32,000 bases of DNA, taken from NCBI RefSeq assembly GCF_029504745.1, contig NZ_JAQFIQ010000007.1, positions 36,047-68,046 on the forward strand, in the 5' to 3' direction. A program made the position numbers and the translations under genes. This DNA is from Breznakia sp. PF5-3 (GTDB taxonomy: Bacteria; Bacillota_I; Bacilli_A; Erysipelotrichales; Erysipelotrichaceae). Below are positions 1 through 8,221 of this stretch, in pieces (the stretch's first letter is position 1; every line of letters starts with the position of its first letter). A model generated the notes under the pieces. It was not told the DNA's origin and ran no database searches. It saw only the letters and a list, made by a program, of their open reading frames with translations.

Positions 1-458
1 GGGCAAATTTGATGTGGGCTTCATCATTAGCAATCAATGGTTTGATTTCATGTGGTTGTGGAAAAAGTTGGAGTTGTCATCCAATGGAACATGTATTAAG
101 TGCATATTATGATGTAACCCATGGAGCAGGATTAGCGATGCTAACACCAAAATGGATGACGTATATTTTGGATGATAGTACAGTTGATAAGTTTGCTGAA
201 TATGGAATTGAAGTATGGGGAATTGATGCCTCATTACCACCGATGGAGATTGCGAAAACAGCAATAGCAAATACAGAAGCATTTTTCCATTCGCTTGATC
301 TTCCAAGTACATTTGAAGAGATTGGCATTCCAGATACTTCTACACTAGAGGAAATGGCACAGATGGCTGTGGATTCAAAAGGTGGAACAATTAAGGGGTA
401 TCGCAAATTAGAATTCCAAGATGTTGTAAATATTTATCACATGTGTCAAGGGAAGTAG
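1..458 (+). CDS. iron-containing (group III) alcohol dehydrogenase, C-terminal part; 5' end lies left of the window; butanol-dehydrogenase-like
   Basis: The frame of track ORF 9..458 stays open to the window edge. LMWASSLAINGL...HPMEHVLSAYYDVTHGAGLAMLTPKWM matches the conserved His-rich metal-site region of Fe-ADHs. From memory it is closest to clostridial BdhA/B. Confidence 0.85.
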   Translation, partial: ANLMWASSLAINGLISCGCGKSWSCHPMEHVLSAYYDVTHGAGLAMLTPKWMTYILDDSTVDKFAEYGIEVWGIDASLPPMEIAKTAIANTEAFFHSLDLPSTFEEIGIPDTSTLEEMAQMAVDSKGGTIKGYRKLEFQDVVNIYHMCQGK

Positions 459-515
459 ATTAACTACTTTCCTTTTCTTATGGACGAATACGAATAAGCC
501 TTTTATAATAATACT

Positions 516-1043
516 ATGAAAAAAGTTACAGAACAGGCTCAAGAGCTGTTATTAAGATCCAAAAATAAACAAATAGCGATTGATTTTACTTGTGGCAATG
601 GAAACGATACATTCTTTTTGGCAAGTGCTTTTAAGGAAGTGCATGCTTTTGATATTCAAGAAATGGCGATTAAAAACACCCAAGAATTATGTGCACAATT
701 TACAAATGTAAATCTTCATTTGACATCACATAGCAACTTTGATAATTATGTAGAAACCTTTGATGCAGGTATTTTCAATCTTGGATATTTACCTCATGGA
801 GATGAAAAGATTACAACGGATGCAATGGTTGTAATTGATACATTAGAGAAATGTTGGAAGCATCTTACAGATGGTGGCAGGATTGTATTAGTTTTATACC
901 CAGGATTTAAATATGGTAAAAAAGAAGCAGAAATAATCGAAAAATATTGTCAATCATTAGCAAGTAAACACTTTGATATATTGAAGGTACAGTTGTTGAA
1001 CCGAAACCACGCTCCCTATATTCTTTGTATTGAAAAAAAATAA
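516..1043 (+). CDS. class I SAM-dependent methyltransferase, YtqB/MnmM ('putative rRNA methylase') family
   Basis: The SAM-binding motif is DFTCGNGNDTFFLA. FNLGYLPHGDEKITT, VLVLYPGFKYGKKE and the C-terminal PYILCIEKK parallel B. subtilis YtqB as I remember it. Confidence 0.7.
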   Translation: MKKVTEQAQELLLRSKNKQIAIDFTCGNGNDTFFLASAFKEVHAFDIQEMAIKNTQELCAQFTNVNLHLTSHSNFDNYVETFDAGIFNLGYLPHGDEKITTDAMVVIDTLEKCWKHLTDGGRIVLVLYPGFKYGKKEAEIIEKYCQSLASKHFDILKVQLLNRNHAPYILCIEKK

Positions 1044-1094
1044 AGCAATGAAACTTTTTTACCATTGGTTTCGTTTCATAAGTAGAGGTAACTT

Positions 1095-1877
1095 ATGAAA
1101 CATATAAAAGCAATTATATTGGGTATCCTTATCGTTTCCTTAATGGGATGTAATTTCACAAACTCAACAAAACCATCGACGATAAGTAAGGAATCAACAG
1201 TTCACTATTACCCCAAAACATACGATATTGAACTAGCCAAAGAAAAGGGATTAATCAGTGAGGATTTGGATACGTTGAGTGAGTATTATCTAGAAGTACA
1301 AGGCTTATATCGAATTGTGTTAGAGGATAAGTTAAAAAGAGAACTAGACTTGGGAAATTTTGAAAAGAAACTGGAAGAACTAGATACGTATTTTCAACCG
1401 TATCTTGGCAAGGTTGATAAATATGAAGGATATCAACAATTTACAACGATGGATTTGCCATATTTGTTTTTACGTAATAATCTTCATATTGAAAATTTAA
1501 GCGATGAAGATTTGGAATTGCTTATTCAAAAATTAACCATAGAAGATCCAATTCATGATAAAGACTTGGTAGCTTTAGTAGATCGAACGTTTCTTTCGGT
1601 ATTACAAGTAAACCAATATGGTGATAAACCAACGGATAAGGATACAAGTATTTTCTATAATACACATTGGAGTTCTTGCTGTGCACTTGAACCAGAATTG
1701 GAAGTAAAAAGAGATACAATTGTTATTGAGGTTCGAGTGGATATGCAATACGATGAGAACGGTAATGTTTTAGATGGATACAGCGAAGCTGCTAAACAGC
1801 TTGAAAAAACGATAGCAGAATTTAAAAAGCAAGCGAATAAACAATACACTGTAGATGTGCTTTATTATTGGGACTAG
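1095..1877 (+). CDS. lipoprotein of unknown function
   Basis: Signal peptide with lipobox (ILIVSLMGC). GGT-rich RBS (agtagaggta) upstream. No family recognised. Confidence 0.7.
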   Translation: MKHIKAIILGILIVSLMGCNFTNSTKPSTISKESTVHYYPKTYDIELAKEKGLISEDLDTLSEYYLEVQGLYRIVLEDKLKRELDLGNFEKKLEELDTYFQPYLGKVDKYEGYQQFTTMDLPYLFLRNNLHIENLSDEDLELLIQKLTIEDPIHDKDLVALVDRTFLSVLQVNQYGDKPTDKDTSIFYNTHWSSCCALEPELEVKRDTIVIEVRVDMQYDENGNVLDGYSEAAKQLEKTIAEFKKQANKQYTVDVLYYWD

Positions 1878-1881
1878 TGTT

Positions 1882-1905
1882 ATTTCATTATATGAAATTG
1901 TTTTT
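1882..1905 (+). terminator. weak AT-rich intrinsic terminator after the lipoprotein gene
   Basis: atttcat (1882-1888) / atgaaat (1892-1898), 3-nt loop, then tgttttt. The stem has only one G:C pair. Confidence 0.4.
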
Positions 1906-1932
1906 AATAGAAATAAGCGTATAATTTAAAGT

Positions 1933-3276
1933 ATGACAAAAAAAGCAAAGATGTTTAATGAGCAACAACTAAAAAGACTGATTCTACCTTTGATTGTAGA
2001 ACAGTTTTTAGCGATTTCTGCCGGAATCATCGATACAATTATGGTTTCCTCTATTGGTGAGAGTGCAGTAAGTGGTTTATCTTTAGTCGATAGTATTAAT
2101 ATTTTATTGATTAATATTTTTGCGGCTTTAGCAAGTGGTGGAGCTGTTGTAGCAAGTCAGTTTTTAGGAAAAAACAATCGTGAAAAAGCAAAAGATACGT
2201 GCAAACAACTTGTATATGCAGTATCTTTTATTGCTATAATCATCATGATTTTATGCTTAGTATTTAGAACAAATATTTTATTAGCAATTTTTGGTAATGT
2301 GAATGCAGATATCATGGATTATGCAATTACATACTTTATTCTTTCAGCTCTTTCCTACCCATTCATTGCCCTTTATAATAGTGGGGCTGCTATCTTTAGA
2401 TCAATGGGAAATTCTAAGATGCCGATGCAGATATCACTTTTGATGAGTATTGTAAATATCATTGGAAATAGTATTTTTATTTTTGTTTTTCATATGGGAG
2501 TTGTAGGAGCTGGGTTAGCAACCTTATTTTCAAGAATTTTGGGAGCAGTGATTATTTTATACCGATTAAGAAATCCAGAATTACAAATCTATATTGAAAA
2601 ATATCATAAGTTTCATTTTGATTTTTCAATTATTAAGAAAATCTTACAAATTGGAATTCCAAGTGGTTTTGAGAATGGAATATTTCAAGCTGGGAAAATA
2701 GTTGTACAGAGTCTTATCTCAACCTTTGGAGCAGCGTCCATTGCTGCAAATGCAGTAATTGTAAACTTTAGTTCCTTTATGATTATTCCTGGTGCTGCCA
2801 TGGGTTTAGCCATGATTACAGTGGTTGGGCAATGTGTTGGGGCAAATGAATATGAACAAGCCAAATATTACATTCGAAAACTTATGAAGTATGCGTATCT
2901 TTCAGTCTTTATTACAACCCTTTGTATATTGTTGTTGAAAGGACAATTATATCATCTGTATTCTTTGAGTGACAAGACGATGTCGATTGCCAATGAATTG
3001 ATTCTTATTTGTGCTATTGGAAATGTCTTGTTTTGGCCAATGGCATTTACGTTCCCTAACAGTTTGCGAGCAAGCAATGATGCAACTTATTCCATGATTA
3101 TTTCCATCATATCAATGTTTTTATTCCGGGTTGGGTTGTCTTACGTATTGGCATATCAATTTGATATGCAAGTAGATGCAGTATATTATGCGATGTTAGT
3201 GGATTGGGTATTCCGTGGTACATGCTTTTTCTTACGCTATAAAAGTGGCCGATGGATGTATCGAAAATTAGTTTGA
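1933..3276 (+). CDS. MATE family efflux transporter
   Basis: 447 aa and polytopic (about 12 hydrophobic segments). The N-terminal LILPLIVEQFLAISAGIIDTIMVSSIGESAVSGLSLV is typical of MATE/NorM-DinF proteins. Confidence 0.85.
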   Translation: MTKKAKMFNEQQLKRLILPLIVEQFLAISAGIIDTIMVSSIGESAVSGLSLVDSINILLINIFAALASGGAVVASQFLGKNNREKAKDTCKQLVYAVSFIAIIIMILCLVFRTNILLAIFGNVNADIMDYAITYFILSALSYPFIALYNSGAAIFRSMGNSKMPMQISLLMSIVNIIGNSIFIFVFHMGVVGAGLATLFSRILGAVIILYRLRNPELQIYIEKYHKFHFDFSIIKKILQIGIPSGFENGIFQAGKIVVQSLISTFGAASIAANAVIVNFSSFMIIPGAAMGLAMITVVGQCVGANEYEQAKYYIRKLMKYAYLSVFITTLCILLLKGQLYHLYSLSDKTMSIANELILICAIGNVLFWPMAFTFPNSLRASNDATYSMIISIISMFLFRVGLSYVLAYQFDMQVDAVYYAMLVDWVFRGTCFFLRYKSGRWMYRKLV

Positions 3277-3302
3277 TGTGATACTATAGAAATGGTGAAT
3301 TT

Positions 3303-5630
3303 ATGAAACGTTATAAACCAGATACTACCTGTGGACTTACAAGCGAACAGGTAAAGGAAAGAATAAAGCAAGGGCTTGTAAATGTTACAAGCATGAATAA
3401 AACAAAATCTTATAAGCAGATTATTTTTGATAATTTGTTTACGCTTTTTAATTTTGTAAACATAGTGTTAGCACTCATCATATTGCCAACAGGATCTTAT
3501 CGAAATTTATTGTTTTTAGGAGTTGTTGTTTCCAATTTTGTAATTGGTACTTTTCAAGAGATTAGAGCTAAACGAACATTAGATCAAATTGCAGTTGTCG
3601 TTTGTTTAAAAGCAATGGTAATTCGGGATGGAAAGGTTGATGAAGTAGCAGTTGAAGATGTAGTATTGGATGATTTAATTCAGTTGAAAACAGGAAATCA
3701 AATTGTGAGTGATAGTATTGTAAGAGAAGGAATTCTTGAAGTGGATGAATCTTTATTGAGTGGTGAAAGTAAAGTAATTGTCAAACAAGTAGGAGATTTC
3801 TTGTATTCGGGGAGTTTTGTGGTCAGTGGCGAGGCGATTGTCCAAGTGGATCGTGTTGGTGATGATAATTATGCTGCGAAGATTACAAGTGATGCTAAGC
3901 AGTTTCAGCGATACCCTTCTGAATTACGTGATTCACTAAATAAAATTATTAAAATAATTGGGATTATAATTATTCCTTTGGGATCATTGATGTTTATTCA
4001 AAGTCATTTTTTTAATGGAAATAGTTATAGTGATACAGTATTGAATATGGCAGCTGCTTTAATTGGAATGATTCCTGAAGGATTGGTTATTTTGACGAGT
4101 ATTGCTTTGACAGTAGGAACGATTAATCTAGCAAGACATAAAACCTTAGTACAAGAATTATATTGTCTAGAAACTTTAGCTAGAGTAGATACATTATGTT
4201 TGGATAAAACAGGAACGATTACGGAAGGAAAGATGGAAGTAAAAGAAGTTGTAGTTCTTAGTGATGATGATATTGATGAAATCATGGGAAACTATGTTCG
4301 CTCGATGAGTGATGACAATGCAACCTTTCTGGCATTGAGAAATCATTTTGAAGAAATTAATACTTTTGAGTTTATTAGTAAAAAGCCATTCTCGAGTAAA
4401 CGAAAATACAGTGGTGCAGTTTTTACCTGTGCAACTTATGTTTTAGGGGCTTTTGAATTTGTTTGCAATCACCCAGAAAAATATCAATCGATTATCGATG
4501 ATTTTAGTGAACAAGGATATCGAGTCATCGTTTTAGCGAAGTCGAATAAAACGATAGAAGAAGCATTACCAGATGATTTAGAAGTGATAGCAGTCATTGC
4601 TTTGGCAGATAAAATTCGTGATAATGCGAAAGAAACATTGGCTTATTTTGATGAACAAGGAGTTACTATTAAAGTAATTTCTGGAGATAATCCACTGACG
4701 GTAAGTAAGGTAGCCAAACGCGCAGGGGTTAAGCAATCGCAAAAGTATTTGAATGCATCCCAATTGACGAATGTGGAAATTACCAAGCAAGTTGAAGAAT
4801 GTGCTGTCTTTGGACGGGTTAGCCCTGAGCAAAAAAAGATGATGGTCAAAGCATTAAAAGAACATAAACATATCGTAGGGATGACAGGAGATGGAGTAAA
4901 CGATGTCTTAGCTTTTAAAGAAGCTAATATAAGTATTGCGATGGCCAGTGGTAGTGATGTGGCAAAGGCGAGTGCTAACTTAGTACTATTGGATAATAAC
5001 TTTGATGCATTGCCATATGTTTTAAATGAAGGAAGAAGAGTAATTAATAATGTTGAAAAGGTAGCTACGCTTTTCTTAACTAAAACCATTTTTTCATTAA
5101 TCTTAGCGTTTTTGGTGTTAATCGTAAATGTTGATTATCCTTTTATTCCCATTCAACTAACTATTGTTTCCTCTTTAACGATTGGTTTTCCTGCGTTTGT
5201 ATTAGCATTAGAACCAAATCATGATCGAGTAAAAGGAGCCTTTTTAGAAAATATTATGAAAGTAAGTCTTCCAGCTGCGCTTAGTGTAATCATAGCTATT
5301 ATTTATGTTATGGTGTTATTCAAATGCAAGCATATTGATATGACGATTTCTAGACAGTTAGCCTTTCTAACGATATCCTTAAATGGACTTATTGTCTTGG
5401 CAAAAGTAGCTAGACCATTTAGTAAACTTAGATTGGCATTGTTTATTTCTATGAGTGTACTTTTATTTGTTTGTGTTACGATTTTTCATCGGTTCTTTGA
5501 AATTCCTGTATTAAATATTTTTGCTTTATCGTATTACCCAATTGTTGTAATTGCCATATTATTGGGAGTATCATACGGAGGAAGAAAAATTGTAGAATAT
5601 CTTATTAATTTAAAAAGAAATAAAAGATAG
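3303..5630 (+). CDS. cation-translocating P-type ATPase (HAD-IC family)
   Basis: Phosphorylation motif CLDKTGTITEG, hinge motif MTGDGVNDVLAFKEA, TGES-like SGES, and N- and C-terminal TM bundles. Ion specificity cannot be read from the sequence. Confidence 0.9.
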   Translation: MKRYKPDTTCGLTSEQVKERIKQGLVNVTSMNKTKSYKQIIFDNLFTLFNFVNIVLALIILPTGSYRNLLFLGVVVSNFVIGTFQEIRAKRTLDQIAVVVCLKAMVIRDGKVDEVAVEDVVLDDLIQLKTGNQIVSDSIVREGILEVDESLLSGESKVIVKQVGDFLYSGSFVVSGEAIVQVDRVGDDNYAAKITSDAKQFQRYPSELRDSLNKIIKIIGIIIIPLGSLMFIQSHFFNGNSYSDTVLNMAAALIGMIPEGLVILTSIALTVGTINLARHKTLVQELYCLETLARVDTLCLDKTGTITEGKMEVKEVVVLSDDDIDEIMGNYVRSMSDDNATFLALRNHFEEINTFEFISKKPFSSKRKYSGAVFTCATYVLGAFEFVCNHPEKYQSIIDDFSEQGYRVIVLAKSNKTIEEALPDDLEVIAVIALADKIRDNAKETLAYFDEQGVTIKVISGDNPLTVSKVAKRAGVKQSQKYLNASQLTNVEITKQVEECAVFGRVSPEQKKMMVKALKEHKHIVGMTGDGVNDVLAFKEANISIAMASGSDVAKASANLVLLDNNFDALPYVLNEGRRVINNVEKVATLFLTKTIFSLILAFLVLIVNVDYPFIPIQLTIVSSLTIGFPAFVLALEPNHDRVKGAFLENIMKVSLPAALSVIIAIIYVMVLFKCKHIDMTISRQLAFLTISLNGLIVLAKVARPFSKLRLALFISMSVLLFVCVTIFHRFFEIPVLNIFALSYYPIVVIAILLGVSYGGRKIVEYLINLKRNKR

Positions 5631-5664
5631 GATAGTGTATAATGATAGGGAAGTAGGTGATTTG

Positions 5665-6159
5665 ATGTATGAAAAATGTATAGCGTTATTAAAAGAACGT
5701 GGTGTAGAAATTGAAGATATTGTTGATTGTGTCTTTTATTTACAACGTGGACATATTGATGATACAGATGCTGCATCGATAAGTGAAACAGTAAAGAAAG
5801 TAATTGATAAGCGTGAAGTTCAACATGCAATCATTACAGGTATTTGTTTGGATAAGATGAGTGAACAGCGTATGCTGGTGGATAAAGATTTAGAAGATAT
5901 TTTAAATCGCGATGAATCACTATATGGAATTGATGAAGTACTAGCATATGGGATTTGTAATTTATATGGTTCTATAGCTCTTACTAATTTTGGATATATC
6001 GATAAGGCGAAGTATGGAATTATCAAAGAGTTAAATGATCATATGGATAATCATAATGCCTGTCATACATTTTTAGATGACATTGTAGGTGCGATTGCAG
6101 CTAGTGCTGCTAGTCGTATTGCTCATAATAAAAAGGGACCAGAAGATGAAACATTGTAA
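5665..6159 (+). CDS. phosphatidylglycerophosphatase A family protein (YutG-like)
   Basis: LLKERGVEIEDIV..YLQ, KREVQHAIITGI, LYGIDEVLAYGICNLYGSIALTNFGYIDK and FLDDIVGAIAASAASRIAH track B. subtilis YutG as I recall it. I moved the start to ATG 5665, which follows aggtga; the track's GTG 5635 lacks an RBS. Confidence 0.65.
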   Translation: MYEKCIALLKERGVEIEDIVDCVFYLQRGHIDDTDAASISETVKKVIDKREVQHAIITGICLDKMSEQRMLVDKDLEDILNRDESLYGIDEVLAYGICNLYGSIALTNFGYIDKAKYGIIKELNDHMDNHNACHTFLDDIVGAIAASAASRIAHNKKGPEDETL

Positions 6160-6574
6160 ATGGATGCTTGCACTGTTGTCACTTACATTTATCATCACAG
6201 GTTGTTTTAATTCAAGGAATAGTGAAAAAAGCATGGAGATTGATGCAGAAACGGTTATTGAAAAGACAGTTAACCGAGAGACTTTTTTATTATTGATTGT
6301 GAATGATGATTGTGATCCTTGCGAGGATTTAATGTCGTTGATTAAAGTTCCACTGGCAAAAAACCAAATAACTTTATATAGGCTAAATTACGCTGATGTG
6401 AGTAATGATATGGCAGATCAGTTACAATTGATGTTAACATCATATTCTTCATGGCCAGCACTTGTATATGTGAAGGATGGAGAAGTTTATAGTGGTAGTG
6501 TTTATGAATATTCACTAGATCCAGAAGGGTGGGAAACATGGTTGATCAATCAGGGATTAATTCCACAAAATTAA
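6146..6574 (+). CDS. lipoprotein with thioredoxin-like CxxC motif
   Basis: The likely start is MKHCKWMLALLSLTFIITGC (lipobox), which overlaps the upstream stop. A CDPC motif follows a beta-strand-like LLLIVNDD, as in thioredoxin-fold proteins. Confidence 0.55.
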   Translation: MKHCKWMLALLSLTFIITGCFNSRNSEKSMEIDAETVIEKTVNRETFLLLIVNDDCDPCEDLMSLIKVPLAKNQITLYRLNYADVSNDMADQLQLMLTSYSSWPALVYVKDGEVYSGSVYEYSLDPEGWETWLINQGLIPQN

Positions 6575-7350
6575 TACAAGATAATTTAATTACTAAGGAT
6601 GATTTAGTTGAGCATTTTAAAATGCTAGGCATTCAAAAAGGAATGCTTGTTTATATTCAATCATCACTTAACTATTTTTCGTATGTCTGTGGAGGGAATC
6701 GTACAATTATTGAAGCCCTTCAAGATGTTGTAGGTTATGATGGTGGTATTGTAACAAATGCTTTTACTAAGGATAATAAAGATCCATTAAATCGTGATCT
6801 TCAGGTTTTTAAACCATATCAGATTGAAGTTATCCGTGATGCTATGCCAGCATTTAATAAAAAGCTGTGTGCAAGTAAAAATAAACTGGCAGATCAAATG
6901 ATGCGTCATGATGGTGTTTTCCGCTCAAACCATCCAACCCATTCGTTTGTCGCATGGGGTAAATATGCAAAATTGATTTGTGATAAGCAACCCTTGCATT
7001 TTCCTTTAACGTCAGAGTCACCACTTGGGAAAGTGTGTGAATTAAATGGCTATATCTTACTTTTAGGAGTAAAATATGAGGCTGCTGATATTTTTAAGAT
7101 GACAAGAGTGAATGATAAACAAACTCCTATTCGCATTGTTTCTAGTCCAATTGAAAGACGGGGACGCAAGAGTTTTATCAATATGTTGGATTACGATTAT
7201 GAAAAGAAAGAGATCCAAGAAATTCAAGATATGATGAATGAGAGACAGATTGTGAAAGAAACCTATATTGGAAGAGCACGTTGTCGATTATTCAGTGCAA
7301 AAGAGGCAGCTACTTTGGCAAGTGGGTTCTATCATACTCATAAAAAATAA
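6538..7350 (+). CDS. AAC(3)-family aminoglycoside N-acetyltransferase-like protein (YokD-like)
   Basis: LGIQKGMLVYIQSSLNYFSYVCGG..TIIEAL, HPTHSFVAWG and SPLGKVCELNGYILLLGV match the AAC(3) fold consensus. ATG 6538 follows gggtggg. Confidence 0.8.
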   Translation: MVDQSGINSTKLIQDNLITKDDLVEHFKMLGIQKGMLVYIQSSLNYFSYVCGGNRTIIEALQDVVGYDGGIVTNAFTKDNKDPLNRDLQVFKPYQIEVIRDAMPAFNKKLCASKNKLADQMMRHDGVFRSNHPTHSFVAWGKYAKLICDKQPLHFPLTSESPLGKVCELNGYILLLGVKYEAADIFKMTRVNDKQTPIRIVSSPIERRGRKSFINMLDYDYEKKEIQEIQDMMNERQIVKETYIGRARCRLFSAKEAATLASGFYHTHKK

Positions 7351-7368
7351 GCAAAAAAATATGCAATG

Positions 7369-7407
7369 TGTATTGTTCGGCATTATCGAACGATATACAT
7401 TTTTTTT
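7369..7407 (+). terminator. intrinsic terminator after the acetyltransferase gene
   Basis: tgtat-t-gttcg (7369-7379) pairs with cgaac-gat-ataca (7387-7399) and is followed by T8. Confidence 0.55.
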
Positions 7408-7434
7408 GACAAGTTTGGATTTTAATATTTTAAT
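7406..7434 (+). promoter_or_regulatory. possible housekeeping-sigma promoter for lepB
   Basis: TTGACA (7406-7411), 17 nt, TTTAAT (7429-7434). It lies about 160 nt upstream of the lepB ATG. Confidence 0.3.
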
Positions 7435-7593
7435 TATATACAGTAAACGATTTTTGGATGGTTTTTTCGATATGATAAAAACAAGACAAAAAAAGTGATA
7501 TTCATAGCAAATGTTACTATTTTAAATCGCATTGATTTAGGATAATCTTACAGGTAAATAAACAAATTGCTATAATCTTCGAGGGGTTAAAGG

Positions 7594-8154
7594 ATGAAGA
7601 AACTTAGAATCAGGAGTGAATATGTCATTTTTATTTTGAGAATGTTTGTAATCTTCAGCGTTCTTGTTTTTGTTGTAACTACTTTTATCTTTCGAACGGT
7701 GCGAATCAATGGACAAAGTATGGAACCAACATTACAAAGCGGAGAATATGCATTTTCAAACAGATTGGCAGCAGATGAAGGGAATATCAATCGATTTGAT
7801 GTAATTGTAATTGATAACATTGAAGAAGATTATGTGGTGAAAAGAGTAATTGCACTCCCCAATGAAACCATATCTTACAAAGATGGAAAGTTATATATTA
7901 ATGGTGAATGGTATGAAGAACCATTCTTAGATCAAGAATATATTGCTTTGCATACAATGAATAATCAAATTACTTTTACGCAAAATTTTGGACCAATCAC
8001 ATTAGGTGAAAATGAATATTTTGTACTTGGTGATAACCGATTGAATTCAAAAGACTCTCGGGTCGTTGGTCCAATTCCTGAAAAAGACATTGTTGCAAAA
8101 GATGTAATTGTAGTATATCCGCTAAATAGTATACGTGTAGAAAGTTCCAACTAA
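7594..8154 (+). CDS. lepB: signal peptidase I
   Basis: N-terminal TM helix, catalytic Ser box NGQSMEPTL, Lys box VKRVIALPNETI, and GDNRLNSKDSR. Confidence 0.9.
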   Translation: MKKLRIRSEYVIFILRMFVIFSVLVFVVTTFIFRTVRINGQSMEPTLQSGEYAFSNRLAADEGNINRFDVIVIDNIEEDYVVKRVIALPNETISYKDGKLYINGEWYEEPFLDQEYIALHTMNNQITFTQNFGPITLGENEYFVLGDNRLNSKDSRVVGPIPEKDIVAKDVIVVYPLNSIRVESSN

Positions 8155-8180
8155 TTTTTTAATTATTGGAACCTTTTTTG
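8144..8180 (+). terminator. intrinsic terminator overlapping the lepB stop codon
   Basis: gttccaa (8144-8150) / ttggaac (8166-8172), 15-nt loop, then cTTTTTT. Confidence 0.6.
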
Positions 8181-8196
8181 TTTATTTCCGTCAATA
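8168..8196 (+). promoter_or_regulatory. ECF-type promoter candidate A1 (GGAACCTTTT-N-CGTCAATAT) in front of sigma-fusion gene A
   Basis: GGAACC 8168-8173, 15-nt spacer, CGTCAATA 8189-8196. The same bipartite motif recurs at 14749 and 20787. Confidence 0.55.
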
Positions 8197-8221
8197 TGTT
8201 AAGAAAGGATGAAAATGGAAT

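Noticed and set aside
4643-5089. 148-aa minus-strand ORF, plus other antisense ORFs in 4025-5089
   Set aside because: They are antisense to the highly conserved nucleotide-binding and hinge region of the P-type ATPase. They show no independent signals.
6089-6145. N-terminal extension of the CxxC lipoprotein ORF (MRLQLVLLVVLLIIKRDQK)
   Set aside because: It lies within the 3' end of the upstream YutG-like gene. The internal MKHCKW...ITGC start gives a canonical lipoprotein signal.
7268-7498. 76-aa + strand ORF
   Set aside because: It overlaps the 3' end of the acetyltransferase gene out of frame. It then runs across that gene's terminator and an AT-rich intergenic region. It has no RBS and a low-complexity product.
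7548-7576. TTACAG-17-TATAAT promoter-like sequence just upstream of lepB
   Set aside because: The -10 element is good, but the predicted start (about 7583) would fall inside the GAGGGG RBS. The upstream TTGACA-17-TTTAAT is at least as plausible, and neither can be confirmed.
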